Below, in pieces: positions 1 through 11,768 of a DNA stretch of 64,000 bases. This DNA comes from Phoronis australis. Lineage: Eukaryota > Animalia > Phoronida. Location of the stretch: contig NMRA01000762.1 in NCBI GenBank assembly GCA_002633005.1, positions 62,001 through 126,000 on the forward strand, given 5' to 3'. Within the stretch, counting starts at the first letter, position 1. The number at the start of each line of letters is the position of its first letter. The translations under genes and the position numbers were made by a program. The notes below the pieces were generated by a model. The model was not told where the DNA came from, did no database searches, and saw nothing but the letters and a program-made list of their open reading frames with translations.

Positions 1-1003
1 AAGTATTTAATCGTTTATTTGCTTAAACAACATTAAAGCGTCTTCTCGGCATCACCGAAGACAAATTTTGGTTTAGATCACAACCGAGGTGAAACTGGTC
101 TCAATATTGCTACGCACTCAAAATAGTTGTGACTTCTGTGCTTGGAAAGATCAAGTTTACCGTTAATTATTGCTTGTTTAGCCTACATAAGGCTTTTCAC
201 GTGGACTTGCCGCGGCGTTCATTTTATGATTCGCCCTCCGAGCTCATCTCTAGCAGTAACCAAGTGTTAGTTCTTTGCAAGGCCACCACTTCTCAACATG
301 TTTAGGGAGCAAGTTACTAAGAACAGTTTTGTAACGGTAACTAGTATAAATCTAAATTTACTTTCTTCTACGGAACGCGGGCTTATTGTGTTTCAAATTC
401 GACATTTGGACGGAGCTTATAATCCAAGACACTAATTGTACCAAATAGCTCTACCATACACGGTCATTTAGCGAAACTTCCGCGCTGATCAAACAAATCC
501 AAATGATTGTTGTAAATTTGAGTCATTCTAATGGTTTTACATTAAGATAAACCATGCGCACACGCGTGACTCAGTACTGTTACACACCGAAATTACCAGG
601 CAATACGTGAAAGTGTACGAGTATTTTTCCTGTTGGGCGGTTGAAAGTGGAATTATACTGCATGCAAATGGTGACAGGACGTGTTCAAAGCTGTATAACC
701 CTCGCCCAAAACTTCTCCACCTTTTATTTAGACCACTTGTCGTCATTTGATTGGAATAGTGACTCAGATTTCGTCATCATGCTCTGTGGATAAAATCCCT
801 CGCCGCGGTTTCGCAAGCCAAGTCTGAGATCAGTACCAGTTAATCTTGTAAATAAACAAACACGCTGATTTAACCAAGACCACTTCTGCTATTATCTGAG
901 TAAGGAACTGATAACAATAACGGCAAGTGGTCCACACCAGAAGTCTTATGTTCATGCCGACTTTATTTAATTACTTATTGCACTTTCCAGATGGCCAAAA
1001 ACA

Positions 1004-3986
1004 ATGAGAAAACGCATGTTTCTAACGTTAGGCCTCATCACTGTCGTCACAGTTTTGTTATCTTTTGACTGGAACATGTCAAACACGGATCCAGTGCCAG
1101 CAAAGTTGGGGGAAACAACACTGCGAACTTCGCGACGGAAACTGGCGACTCGCTACGGTCGGACCGTAGAATGTCAGGCATTAAACCGTGGAGATTTAAA
1201 AGCTGTTGACAACGCGAAACATATTATGTTAAACTCTGTTCGAGTACCCATTCCAGACAGACAATTTGTAGACATGACCCAGAAATGTTCATCTTTCACT
1301 CGTGAGAAGAATTACATAAGGTATCCCCGGAAAACTCCGAAAGACGAGGATTTTCCTATCGCGTTTAGCATCCTCATATACCATTACGTGGACCAAGTAG
1401 AACATTTACTCCGCGCCATCTATCGTCCTCAGAACATTTACTGCATTCATGTTGATCGAAGAGCTCCTGAAGATGTGTATGTAGGTATGAACGCGGTGAC
1501 CAAGTGTTTTGACAATGTCTTCTTATCGTCCAGACGCACTACAGTGATCTATGGGGGCTACAGCGTTTTGGAGGCCCACCTCAATTGCATGAAAGACGCC
1601 TTGACTCACCGAGTAAAATGGAAATATCTCATTAACTTGTCAGGTGAAATGTTCCCATTAAAAACTAACAAGGAGATTGTTGGAGTTTTAAGGGCGTTTA
1701 ATGGATCCAACGATCTATGTGGCATGAACGCTTCATCCTATAAATATCGGTGGAAGTTTAAATACTTAGAAACTAATTACCTCGCGAGACCAATACGAAC
1801 CAATTTGAGGAATCCACCTCCCCCGCATAACATCACGCTTGTCAAAGGGAATGTCTACGGTTTATACTCCAGAGAGTTTCTACAATACGCTGTGTCAAAC
1901 CCCATTGCTACCGACTTACTCCACTGGATGAAGCACGTTAGTAATGCGGAAGAATTTTTCTTCGCCACTTTGCATCACACAAAGCACAACCCGCACTTGA
2001 AAGTTCCAGGAAGTTTCAAAGGTAATCAGATTTAACCACTTGTTGAATGAGACAGTTAAAATTTCATTCATTTCTAATACATAAATAATGTACAAAATCC
2101 AGTTCAGTTCTTTTCATTTTTTCTAGGACGACATGCCTAATATAGTTTTTAGCACATAGGTTGGACCTCGCTATAAAGCAAGACTTCGCGAGATTACGTT
2201 AGATATTGGCGTGTACCGTATTTTCAATGAGAGCACTTGCGTGAAACCTAATTTCAATGCGTCATTTTCATTTTGTTATTATCGTTCATCAAGCGAGACT
2301 TTTGAGGTTCGGTTCCGATTTGTTTTTGCCATTTTGGTAACCATAGACATTACATAGTTCAGGGCGCGCCACTCAGATAATACGGGAACCTAGGAGTTCA
2401 ACCTGGTTTTGCCGGATAAAGTTTTTTTTTCTTTGCAGTTTCATGTAGCTTCGACCGGGAAAATAACGTCTGCTAATGTAGGTTACCACTACAGTGGCGG
2501 ATCTAGGATATCACAAGGGGGGCCCAACATTTTGTCCGGCTGTAAGCATTTGCGCAAACTGAACCACGATTGTAGATGCGCATAGCACCGAAGTGGGGGG
2601 AGGTCGGGAGGGGGGTTTCCCCCTCTCGCCCAAGAAATTTTTCAGTTTTTAACTCAAAAAATCAAGCATTTTCCTTGATTCCTGAAGACAAAAGAGGCAA
2701 AAAAAAAAAAACGGAGAACGTGTCGAACAGAAAAAAACTGCAAGAACCTAAGACTCGAACTCACGACCTTACGCGCGTGCGTTACCACTACACCATAACA
2801 ATTTGACTACTAATCTCTTTCTAAGAGACCTACCTATTTATGGTCCACAGCGTTTGCGCGCGGAACCTACTTCTTTTTTCAATGCTTATTACATTATATT
2901 TTTGTGCCANCAAAGGGGGGGGGGGCAGGCCCCCTGGGCCCCCTTAAATCCGCCTATGCACTAGTAACTGACTATAATGCTCACGTCAAAGGATCCCGAC
3001 GACACGATACCCGCATTCAAATTGGAGATCAGTGAGAGAACACGAGAGAAAAATTCACTGAATTAAAATATCGTTTTTATGGGAATTATGCGTCTTATTT
3101 TTCATAGCATGTGCAATGCCCTTTGCTGAACATGCGATTGTTGTCACGTTCGATGACGTCAGCCGCTGAGGGTGTAGTGGTAAAGTCGACGACTGGAAAC
3201 TCTCGAGGCCCGGGTTCGAATCCGGCCTCGGTTTCCCCTCTAAAATGTTATCTCACTAGTGAGATAACTTAATGGGTTATTACACGGTTGTATCTGCCAT
3301 TCGAGGCTAATATTGTGGTATAAAATTACTTATGATAGAAATTATGCATCTTTTGCTTCTCGTACAATCATCGACATCTGACTAAGGGCTTTCTTTTGTT
3401 TTATCTCTCATGCGATACGGTTGAAAAACGGCGGAGTTGCGAAAAGTTTTATGACAGTAAATTCCGTAGCGAGCTCCCGAATGCAGATCGAGCATATAAG
3501 TACAAAGAGTGTAACGATACTTTCATCATTCTATACATAAAATCGAGTACTTTCAGTTTCACTGTGAAATAAGACATTTTAGACTAATACTGAAAAGTAG
3601 GCGTGGTTTGCAAAAATCAACTGAATTCGTGGACGTAAAGAAAAATCCCTGCTCTTTTTGACGATGACACTGACGTTGTCCGGGTGAAACAATGGCAACG
3701 ACCTATGATGTTTGTTACACTAGAAGCTAATTTGATCACTGTTTATGTTCTTTTAGGTGACTTCAGTCGGCGTTGTCGTGGGCCGTGGATTCATTGGCAC
3801 AGTGCCAAACGTCCGTGCGATGGGCTCATTCTACGAGGAATATGTATCCCCGGGGTGAAAATGCTATCTCAACTGATCACCTCTTCCAAAATGTTCGTCA
3901 ATAAGTTGCTGCCATATACTCACGATTACATCGTCATGGATTGCTTGGAAGAGTGGCTCCGAAACAAAACCGTTTTGGAAAGGTGA
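1004..3986 (+). CDS. Core-2/I-branching beta-1,6-N-acetylglucosaminyltransferase (GT14, GCNT family), 2 coding exons, ~415 aa
   Basis: Exon 1 is 1004-2021 (ends ...GSFK G|gtaatc) and exon 2 is 3757-3986 (ttttag|GT GAC...TGA); the phases match and the total is 1248 nt. N-terminal TM anchor. Motifs FPIAFSIL, LLRAIYRPQNIYCIHVD, WKYLINL.G..FPLKTN.EIV, PPPHNITLVKG, PCDG..LRGICI.G and FVNK are typical of GCNT1/3/4. Probable 5'UTR intron ~900-990. Confidence 0.93.
2492..2958 (+). mobile_element. Non-autonomous TIR element (MITE, hAT-like termini) in GCNT intron, with internal tRNA-like segment
   Basis: Begins CAGTGGCGGATCTAGG and ends CCTTAAATCCGCCTATG (imperfect TIR). Flanked by CACTA at 2487-2491 and 2959-2963. 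A second, truncated copy lies inverted at ~26228-26663. Confidence 0.75.
3165..3232 (+). repeat. tRNA-derived SINE-like head / tRNA pseudogene
   Basis: GCTGAGG...CCTCGGT acceptor-like stem, A-box TGTAGTGGT and B-box GGTTCGAATCC. D and anticodon arms are poor. Followed by a 22-bp perfect palindrome at 3247-3268. Confidence 0.55.
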
Positions 3987-4959
3987 AGGTCACTGGGGCT
4001 AAACATCAAATTTCTGATGATTTTCAGTAACTATCACTCCTGTATCAGTATTAATGAGGTGGTGAGTTTGCAAATGCCATTCCTAAACCTTATGATCTAT
4101 TGCTCAGCGATGTCCACCTCCCACCACGTCTTAACGGGATCAGGAGGGGGCACGACACGTGGCAAGTGATGTTCGATGCCGAGCTAGGCTGTAGTGTCCA
4201 GTAATAACCTGTATCACCCGCCAAGTAGCTTGCCTATCTAAGCATAAGGACCTGTTAGAACCCATTGGTTCCATAGAGCTTGGGAATATTTACTTACTTT
4301 GTCTGGCTTAGAACACTTCCTTATGCGTCGCCAGAGAGTTTTTAAACAATAAGCGATTTTAAGCTTTTCAAAAGGCACCCACTGTTTCACATTTGCTTTG
4401 CAATACCCAAAGGAAAGTTGGGTAAAACTTAGTTTTGGATCGGGTATGATTTTATTAGTTTGCATTGTCATGGATACACGTTTATTTTGTAATGTCTGTT
4501 GGATGAAATAAACAGAAAATTGCGTTAGTCAAGAAATTGAATGTGCGGCACCCCGCCCACTCATTTGTACAGGATAGCGAATGTGTGGCACCCCGCAAAC
4601 TTCATTTGAAAATGAAAATCCCTATGGTTTCTTCCTCGCTTTCACTACATAGTTCGCTTACTTTATTACTCTTGAGAACAAGTGTCGCTTAGTTAGGAAT
4701 ATTACAAATAAATTATAAATTAGCAATGTATAAATAGAAAGACCGAACAATTTGTATCAACTCGCAAATATGAAAGCTAGTCATACCAAGCGCCTTATCA
4801 CGGGCGTTGGGAGAGATATCATAAAAGCGATGAAACGACATTTAGACACAGTGTACCGCCTCCTTTGAAAACAATTCTTTTGGTTCGTGTTTTGAACCTT
4901 CTGTCAGTTGTTTTTTAACGGCGACCTAGCGTTCTTAATTACACACGATTAGATTTGTG

Positions 4960-5335
4960 GAAGTGGCAAGCTAACTCTTTATCCCTTTGATTGCTTGGCC
5001 AGATTAGTTAGAAACACATAGGCGTATTGCGACGACGTGAATATGAAGTAGGTTGAAAACTGCCAAATGTTTTTAAGAACCAGTTTTGTGGCAAAGATGA
5101 TCCGCCGCAAATCACTGAACCGTGTGCAGTAAGTATCGTGAGGTGGCGCTGGGGAATCATAGTGCATGGTGCGTGGTATGTGAGCTCCTACGTCATTAGT
5201 TAAAAGGTCACCTATCTACGCATTTTTTCCGTTCACATTTACAAGTTGGAAATGAACACAACTGCACTTTTTAGGGTAAATTATGTTAAAATACCATTGT
5301 CGTTCAGTTCCTACTATACATTAGCATATTTAGGA
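4960..5335 (+). repeat. Dispersed repeat family, copy 1 of 3
   Basis: Colinear similarity (TGATTGCTTGG...GTAGGTTGAAAA.TGCCAAATGTTTT...CAACTGCACTTT) with ~49900-50265 (+) and ~56860-57225 (-). Confidence 0.75.
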
Positions 5336-6326
5336 ACACGCAAATACATCTACTTTAATTCATCCAGATTGAAGTTAGCGATTTCGCCTTGACTAAATTA
5401 ACGCTACGTGAGCCTAAAGCCAAATTTTCAGTAGACCTCATGCAATGTTTAATCGCAAGAGCCCCCTGGAGGTTTTTATTGATGAAGATCCATCATGAAC
5501 TGATTGCCGCTCACAAACTGTGAAATCCGCTTGATAATACTTCGCACACTCTTATATAATGGACAGTTTTTGCATTTCCGTGAATACAAACACTTTTTGC
5601 GGATACCTCAGTATAAATTGACTACAAGGTCACCAAGTCAAGTTCACAAGGACTCGCTTGAACGTAAGTAAATGAATTCTACTAGTATTTTACTTCCGGT
5701 GTGCTTTTATTTTTTGTGAACGCGAAGACGCGTTTAAAAATAACTTCAGGAGCAAATTTGTACTTTGTCTACCTGCGGAGGTGGTGCAAAAGTTGAATTT
5801 GCACGTGAGTAAAAGTAAACCTTGCACTTATGAACACAAAATAAATTTACCTGGGGTGTACCTGACAATTTCCTACATCCGTAGCACAGAAAAGTTACGT
5901 ATAATTCAATTTCAAAGCTCTGCCAAAGACACTGTACATTGCTAGGTGACAGATAGATGACTAACTTCAGGGGCCGGTGTCTCCTTTGTACTGAGAATCG
6001 AACTCAAAATTATTTTTGGCATATTCCTTTCTTTAAACTCATTGTATTAGTCAACGTTTCGATTTATTATCACTGACTAAACCATTCTCGGCTAATACAA
6101 TGTCTTTGTTTATGTAATAAAATGCGCTAATTTTGAGTTCGTCCTCGTATTTTGGTCAAAAACAAATGTGATCAATATTCCTTTTTAATGAGGTCAAAAT
6201 TGTTTGCCCTATGTCAGGATCGAAAAAGCACATCAAAATTGTCATGTGGACTTAAAATGGCGATTATAGCTAAAACTTGCACACTCATCCGCGTAGCGCC
6301 TGGAATATAACGCAAAAGACCAGTAA

Positions 6327-6432
6327 ACATAGAACCCGAATTTCATAAAACGGTACACATAGACCACGGGACACATAGAACAAGGGACACATAGAACCCG
6401 GGGCACAAAGAACCCAGGACGCATAGAACCCG
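6327..6432. repeat. Short tandem repeat (~16-18 bp unit ACATAGAACCCGGGG-like)
   Basis: About 6 degenerate copies of cacatagaacc(c)ggg. Confidence 0.6.
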
Positions 6433-8635
6433 GTAGGCAATGTTAAGCTCCCTCTGCCATTGAGAAATCACCTGCGTTTTGATATGAAGCAAGTTCTTTA
6501 TGAGAGAGATTGTCCAATCCTGCCTAAGCTCATGGGTGTTTAACATTTTCCTTGCCGATGAGAGGAATGATCTGTTTTGGGCAGCAGTCACAATGCGTAT
6601 GCATGGAAAGACTTCAGACACATTCCCAAAGGCGGGATAATGTGGCGTGATTTGTGTTTGGATAAAGAAAGAAATGCACCATTGATGCTATATTGGATGA
6701 CATTCCAATAAACTCCATGTACTAAAATAGTGCAAAAATGATCACAATCAACAGATTGTTTCGTGAGCACTTAATAATATTTTTTTTAGTTTTTAGTGTG
6801 GTTCATATTAAAATAACACAAACAAACCAGAAGCTTGAATACAGAAAGCACCTGGTTATGACGTCAAATTGAATACTCTTCACCTAGACGCATACAGGTG
6901 CTTCCAAAACTATTGTAATCATCTACTTGTTGTCCTGGTCAGACTTGAAAATTTTTCTGACAGATAAACCCAACATGTTAGCGTGCCCTCTAGTGGCAGC
7001 CACAAAACACAACCTGACATTGTTCAAGTTAGCCCAATTAAGGAATTGTCACCTTCTCAAAAGCAAAAACATTCCTTCTAAAAACAGAAAAAGTCATGAA
7101 TGGTGTAAAAATTTATGATTTTAACATCCAAGCTCTAGTTGAACTGAGACTTTAGAATGAACCTGGGAAAAAGAAAAACAAAACAAACAAGCACACCACA
7201 GTCGGTGAAAGATGTCATGTACAGCTTAACTATTTTGCACACAAGCAATAATAATAGCCAAAATTAAAAAATAGACACAAATTATTTTAGTTATTTTCAA
7301 AAGTTACGATAATTCTCAACTTAAATCGCACAAAATAAATTAAATATATTTCCTGATCATTGGGGTACGGCAAATAAACTGAACATATATATATATTGTA
7401 GTTGACTGGAATACAAAATTGACTATGGTACCAGGCATCGCCAACTGCCTTGTGTGATTTGAACAAAATACATCCTAGGGTTGCCAACATAATCCGATCC
7501 TGTTCCAGTATAAGAGTACTTTACCCAGTATTGTTGAAACTCTTGAGCATGTGACTCTTAGTGACACAGAACTCATCAAGGTCACCCCTTTTACCCCATG
7601 TTTGCAACAGTACTGTATATCCATTATGAAGGGTTGAATTAAGTAGTGCATGTACAATGTTTGGGCCTTATTAACACAGTTAAAGAGGTATTACTTGAAA
7701 TGGTGGCAGGGCTTTACAAAGTCATTTTCTGAAGTGCAAAAACTGATTGTGCGAATAATGTGAGGCAAGAAATTACCACAAAGTAACTTCATACAAAATA
7801 AGTGAGGGACAAAAATTCATATGTACATATAATTTGGGTTGTGCGAAATGTAATGAGTGTGCGGAGTAACTGGAGAATTACCGTAATCATCATTTAGCAG
7901 CAAGTAAAAGCTTCCTTCATTGGCCGTAGTATACACAGGCTGGAGAACGGTCTATTTACATAACACACCTTATAACATTGAAAAATATTAGGAAGCTTCT
8001 CCTTTACTAGACCCAATATTTCAGATCATAACAAATATTGTTTATTGATTAGTTCTGCCCAAGATATTTGCCAGCAACATATTATGAAAGGAACAGCCTA
8101 GTTTAACAGTTGATAAACTCTGAGTAAACATCTGTTAGGTGGCAATACAGTGGTGCCACCTGACTTCACTACTAGTCACTAGGCAAGGTGACTTCCAGTG
8201 AGCACAGATATCTAATCTCATCAAATTACTCATTTAATTTAGCTTCTCAGGTTGTTCCTTTCAAGAATTAGTAAGGCTGATAACAACACTTGCGTAGTGT
8301 CCAAAAGGCCTAGCTGACCGCGAGGTAAAGGCTTAGCTACGTATACAAACAACATGGCTACTAAAGCAAGAAATTTTTCATGCCATGCTTTCACCATTTT
8401 AAAGATTGTGTAACAAATAATGAAAATAGTTAAGGTAAAATCAAACAACACATTAAAATAAATAACTTATCTAACTGTTAAACCCAATTATGATTTCAGC
8501 CTTAAGCATTCTAAGCACAATCCCTATGACAGCAAAGCATATTATTATAATGGTAAAATGATTCTATAGCCTTAAACTATATAGCATCTCATCTGCAAAT
8601 TATCTCCCCTGATGATATTCTACAACTGCCTTCTC

Positions 8636-11600
8636 TTACTTCTCCTCGTGTGTTGATGGCTTGTTCGCAGGCTTGACTGGACACGAACGTGTCTGATGTA
8701 TCATGGCCGCTACTTCGTCTGTGGTCGACTGAATACGGCGCTGTATAATAAACATACACGCTAACGTAAGCATAGAGCAAGATAATTGCAGCACACATTC
8801 TCCACTTTTCAGATGATGAAAGGTTGAAACTTATACCAAATTTTAGAAATTCATATTACGCATCAAATTTGGAGGGTGAGTAGACATCAATTCTGCTACA
8901 TGGCTAAAGTCCCAAGAATGGAATTGAACCCTTGACTTCTCAGTTGACTGTGACATACAGGGTCACTAAGGTAAGAATGGGAGCCGCTATATAGTTTCTC
9001 CATTCCGAGCTCAGCTATTCAGAAATTTCACAAAAATTATCCTAGCTTTGTGGCAAATTATGTACACCCGGCAAAAGTTTGTACGATCCAGAAGCACCTT
9101 TCAATCGGCACCATACCCCCAGCAACTCACCGAGAAGAGAGTCGTCTTTCCACCTTTGGACTTGCTCTTTTTCTTTTTGCCTGCTCCTTCTAATGCAGCG
9201 TTATCGTACACGTGTTCCTCCTCATCATCACTCAGAGTTGTCCCCCCGTACATCTGTCTCTCTTGGGCCTGGTGCCGACTCAGCACATTTTCCAGGGGGG
9301 CCACTTCCTCTACAAAGCTTTGATAGACACGGTGGTTTCCAGTCTTGGCACTGTAACATAGTAAAGTTCGTTAGAACTGTAAAGCTGACTTTAAGGGTAA
9401 ACACTAATCAAGAACAATGCATGCACCCACTGTGTGCATAGGCCACTAGGGGGTGCAACGTATGACAAATCCATCAGGAACTGTGCTGCTTTTTTCTGCA
9501 TGATAATAACTAATTAGCAAAAATTCCATGAACAGCCACCAAGGAAAGTAGCAGATATCCAGGCAAATGCAAACCTGGCACTAGGGGGCTCCCCAGTAGC
9601 CAGTATTTGTACTAAAATCCTAGTCAGTTATACTCTCCTCAATAAAAACATGTGGCAAATTTCATTGAAACCCGGCAAGGAACTTATATGGAGCCACAAG
9701 ACAAAATAATTGAGACAAGAGGGCCCCACACCAACTGAACTGGTTCATTAATCACCATAAACCATGTACATCCCAGTAGCAAAACATAACAACCTTCATA
9801 ATGACCCTCAATTGATTGAGAGGCAGGTGCCAAAGACCAGGCTCAAAAATAATAATGGGCACTAGGTGGCATACACTACATGGAATCCATATGAAAATGG
9901 GAAGGTGTTATCGTCTCTTTAATAGAAACCTATTTGCCAAGTTACACAAAACTCTGTCAAAGATCTGCGAAGATCAGGAGGATAACATAAAAAATATAAT
10001 TCCCAACAGGATATTTTTCTAGTGTCCTACATAACCGTAATGCGGACAATTCAGAAACAAACTTGACAGAACCAAAATGTTTGGAATGAACTTATCAGAA
10101 AAAAGAATGGCTGCAATAATTATTGAAAGGATTTAAGAACACTGATAGTCTCCAAAGGTGTCGCTCAATGCTCAAAAAATACTTATAGAAACATGAATTG
10201 GACAATGTAAGCAATACAAGGTAAAGTTAATTGAAAAGCTTCCACCTAAACGACTATATGGGGTGTGCCATTGTCTCTGCGGCAGTCGGCTGGAGACAAT
10301 GAACATTGGCTATTGTGTGTATCAACAAACAACCAATTGTAATGAACAGCTTCAGAGGGCGGTTATACTCACGCGGCTCTCGACATCATTCGTGTACTCA
10401 TCATTGAGTGCTTTCTGGCTTGTCCATATCGGCCATCGGAGGCGAGTTGGGCTGACTTGAACTTGGCATTAACTGTAATAGCCTTGACATTGACATCTAA
10501 AAAGGACATAAATCTATTAGACGAATTGATATTCTTTCACAGAAGGATGACTAAATATTCAGAGATCTTAGCATACACGACTTTCTACAACCCTAGATGA
10601 TGTTTTCAGAAACTTCGTGAAAACATTCAAAATCCAATTCTAACTCTCAACACATTAAATATCAGATGAACAGCAAATTAATGCATTTGTACAACAATAA
10701 TTGACACAATATCATATTTCTGTTGAAATGGCTGATATATTTATGATGCCTAATGGCTATGGCTTATATAAGCTAAGCTAACAGACTATACCATCCTAAT
10801 CTTTATTTAAGAACATTTTCAAGCAATCCACATCTCACTTTTTAGTTATCCCCGCAAAACTACATTGGACGACCATAGAATAATTGGATGAAATAAATAA
10901 TAAAAAGTGGCACGCCATCTAGCGGCCATTCTTAACACAACATAAATAGCATCAGCACTGATTAGAAGCCTTACTTTGCTCTGCAACATCGCGACTGCGA
11001 GTTGTAGGTTTCACTTGCGTGATCACCCTCAGTGCCTTAGCCCCCTCTCTATCAGTGTAGCGGATTTGCAGCTGGAAAGGGACTTCCTTGAGACTCTCAT
11101 CTGGCACTGGCTGAGCCTGGGCCTCTGGCGGTCCCTGGACTTCTGGCAACGGGACATCTGTTGATTTGGGACCACCCACTGCACCCTGCTCTTGGACACC
11201 TAGAGAGGAAGGACCAACAGGTTGAATAGACATGGTTCACTTGGAATGATTATGTCTTCCAGTCTTGGACACGTCTAGTTTATAATCATACTGCTCTGGT
11301 TAATATTTATTTCTTTATTTGCAGACTATTTTTTGTTTAAATTCCAGCTCAAAAAATAGTTTCTATTAAAGAAAAATTGGACAAAATGTGCAATTTATGA
11401 AACAGACAGTTAGAAATAAAAATTCATTCAACCTTAAGTATAATGCGTCCACATATAAATATGTGGGCGCATAATAATCGAATAATCGATGCGCATAGCT
11501 GTACTCATCTGTGGTAATGTCCAAGATGACTGCATTGTCGTCAAACTTTACGTGCACGAATCAAATAAAACAATGGTGTATTGTAGACATGTAGTAAAGG

Positions 11601-11736
11601 ACTTAGTGTCTACAGGACTGGTTGAGCACAGCAGTTCAGTTTTGTGACATAGTTTACACTGCGTATCTTCAAATTTTCCGAATGCAAATGGTATGTGTAT
11701 GTAATGAGTAGAGCCACGCACGCACACACGCACGCA

Positions 11737-11768
<32 letters not shown>

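Noticed and set aside
3165-3232. Functional tRNA gene (also considered for 61588-61884)
   Set aside because: D and anticodon arms do not pair canonically; better explained as tRNA-derived repeats.
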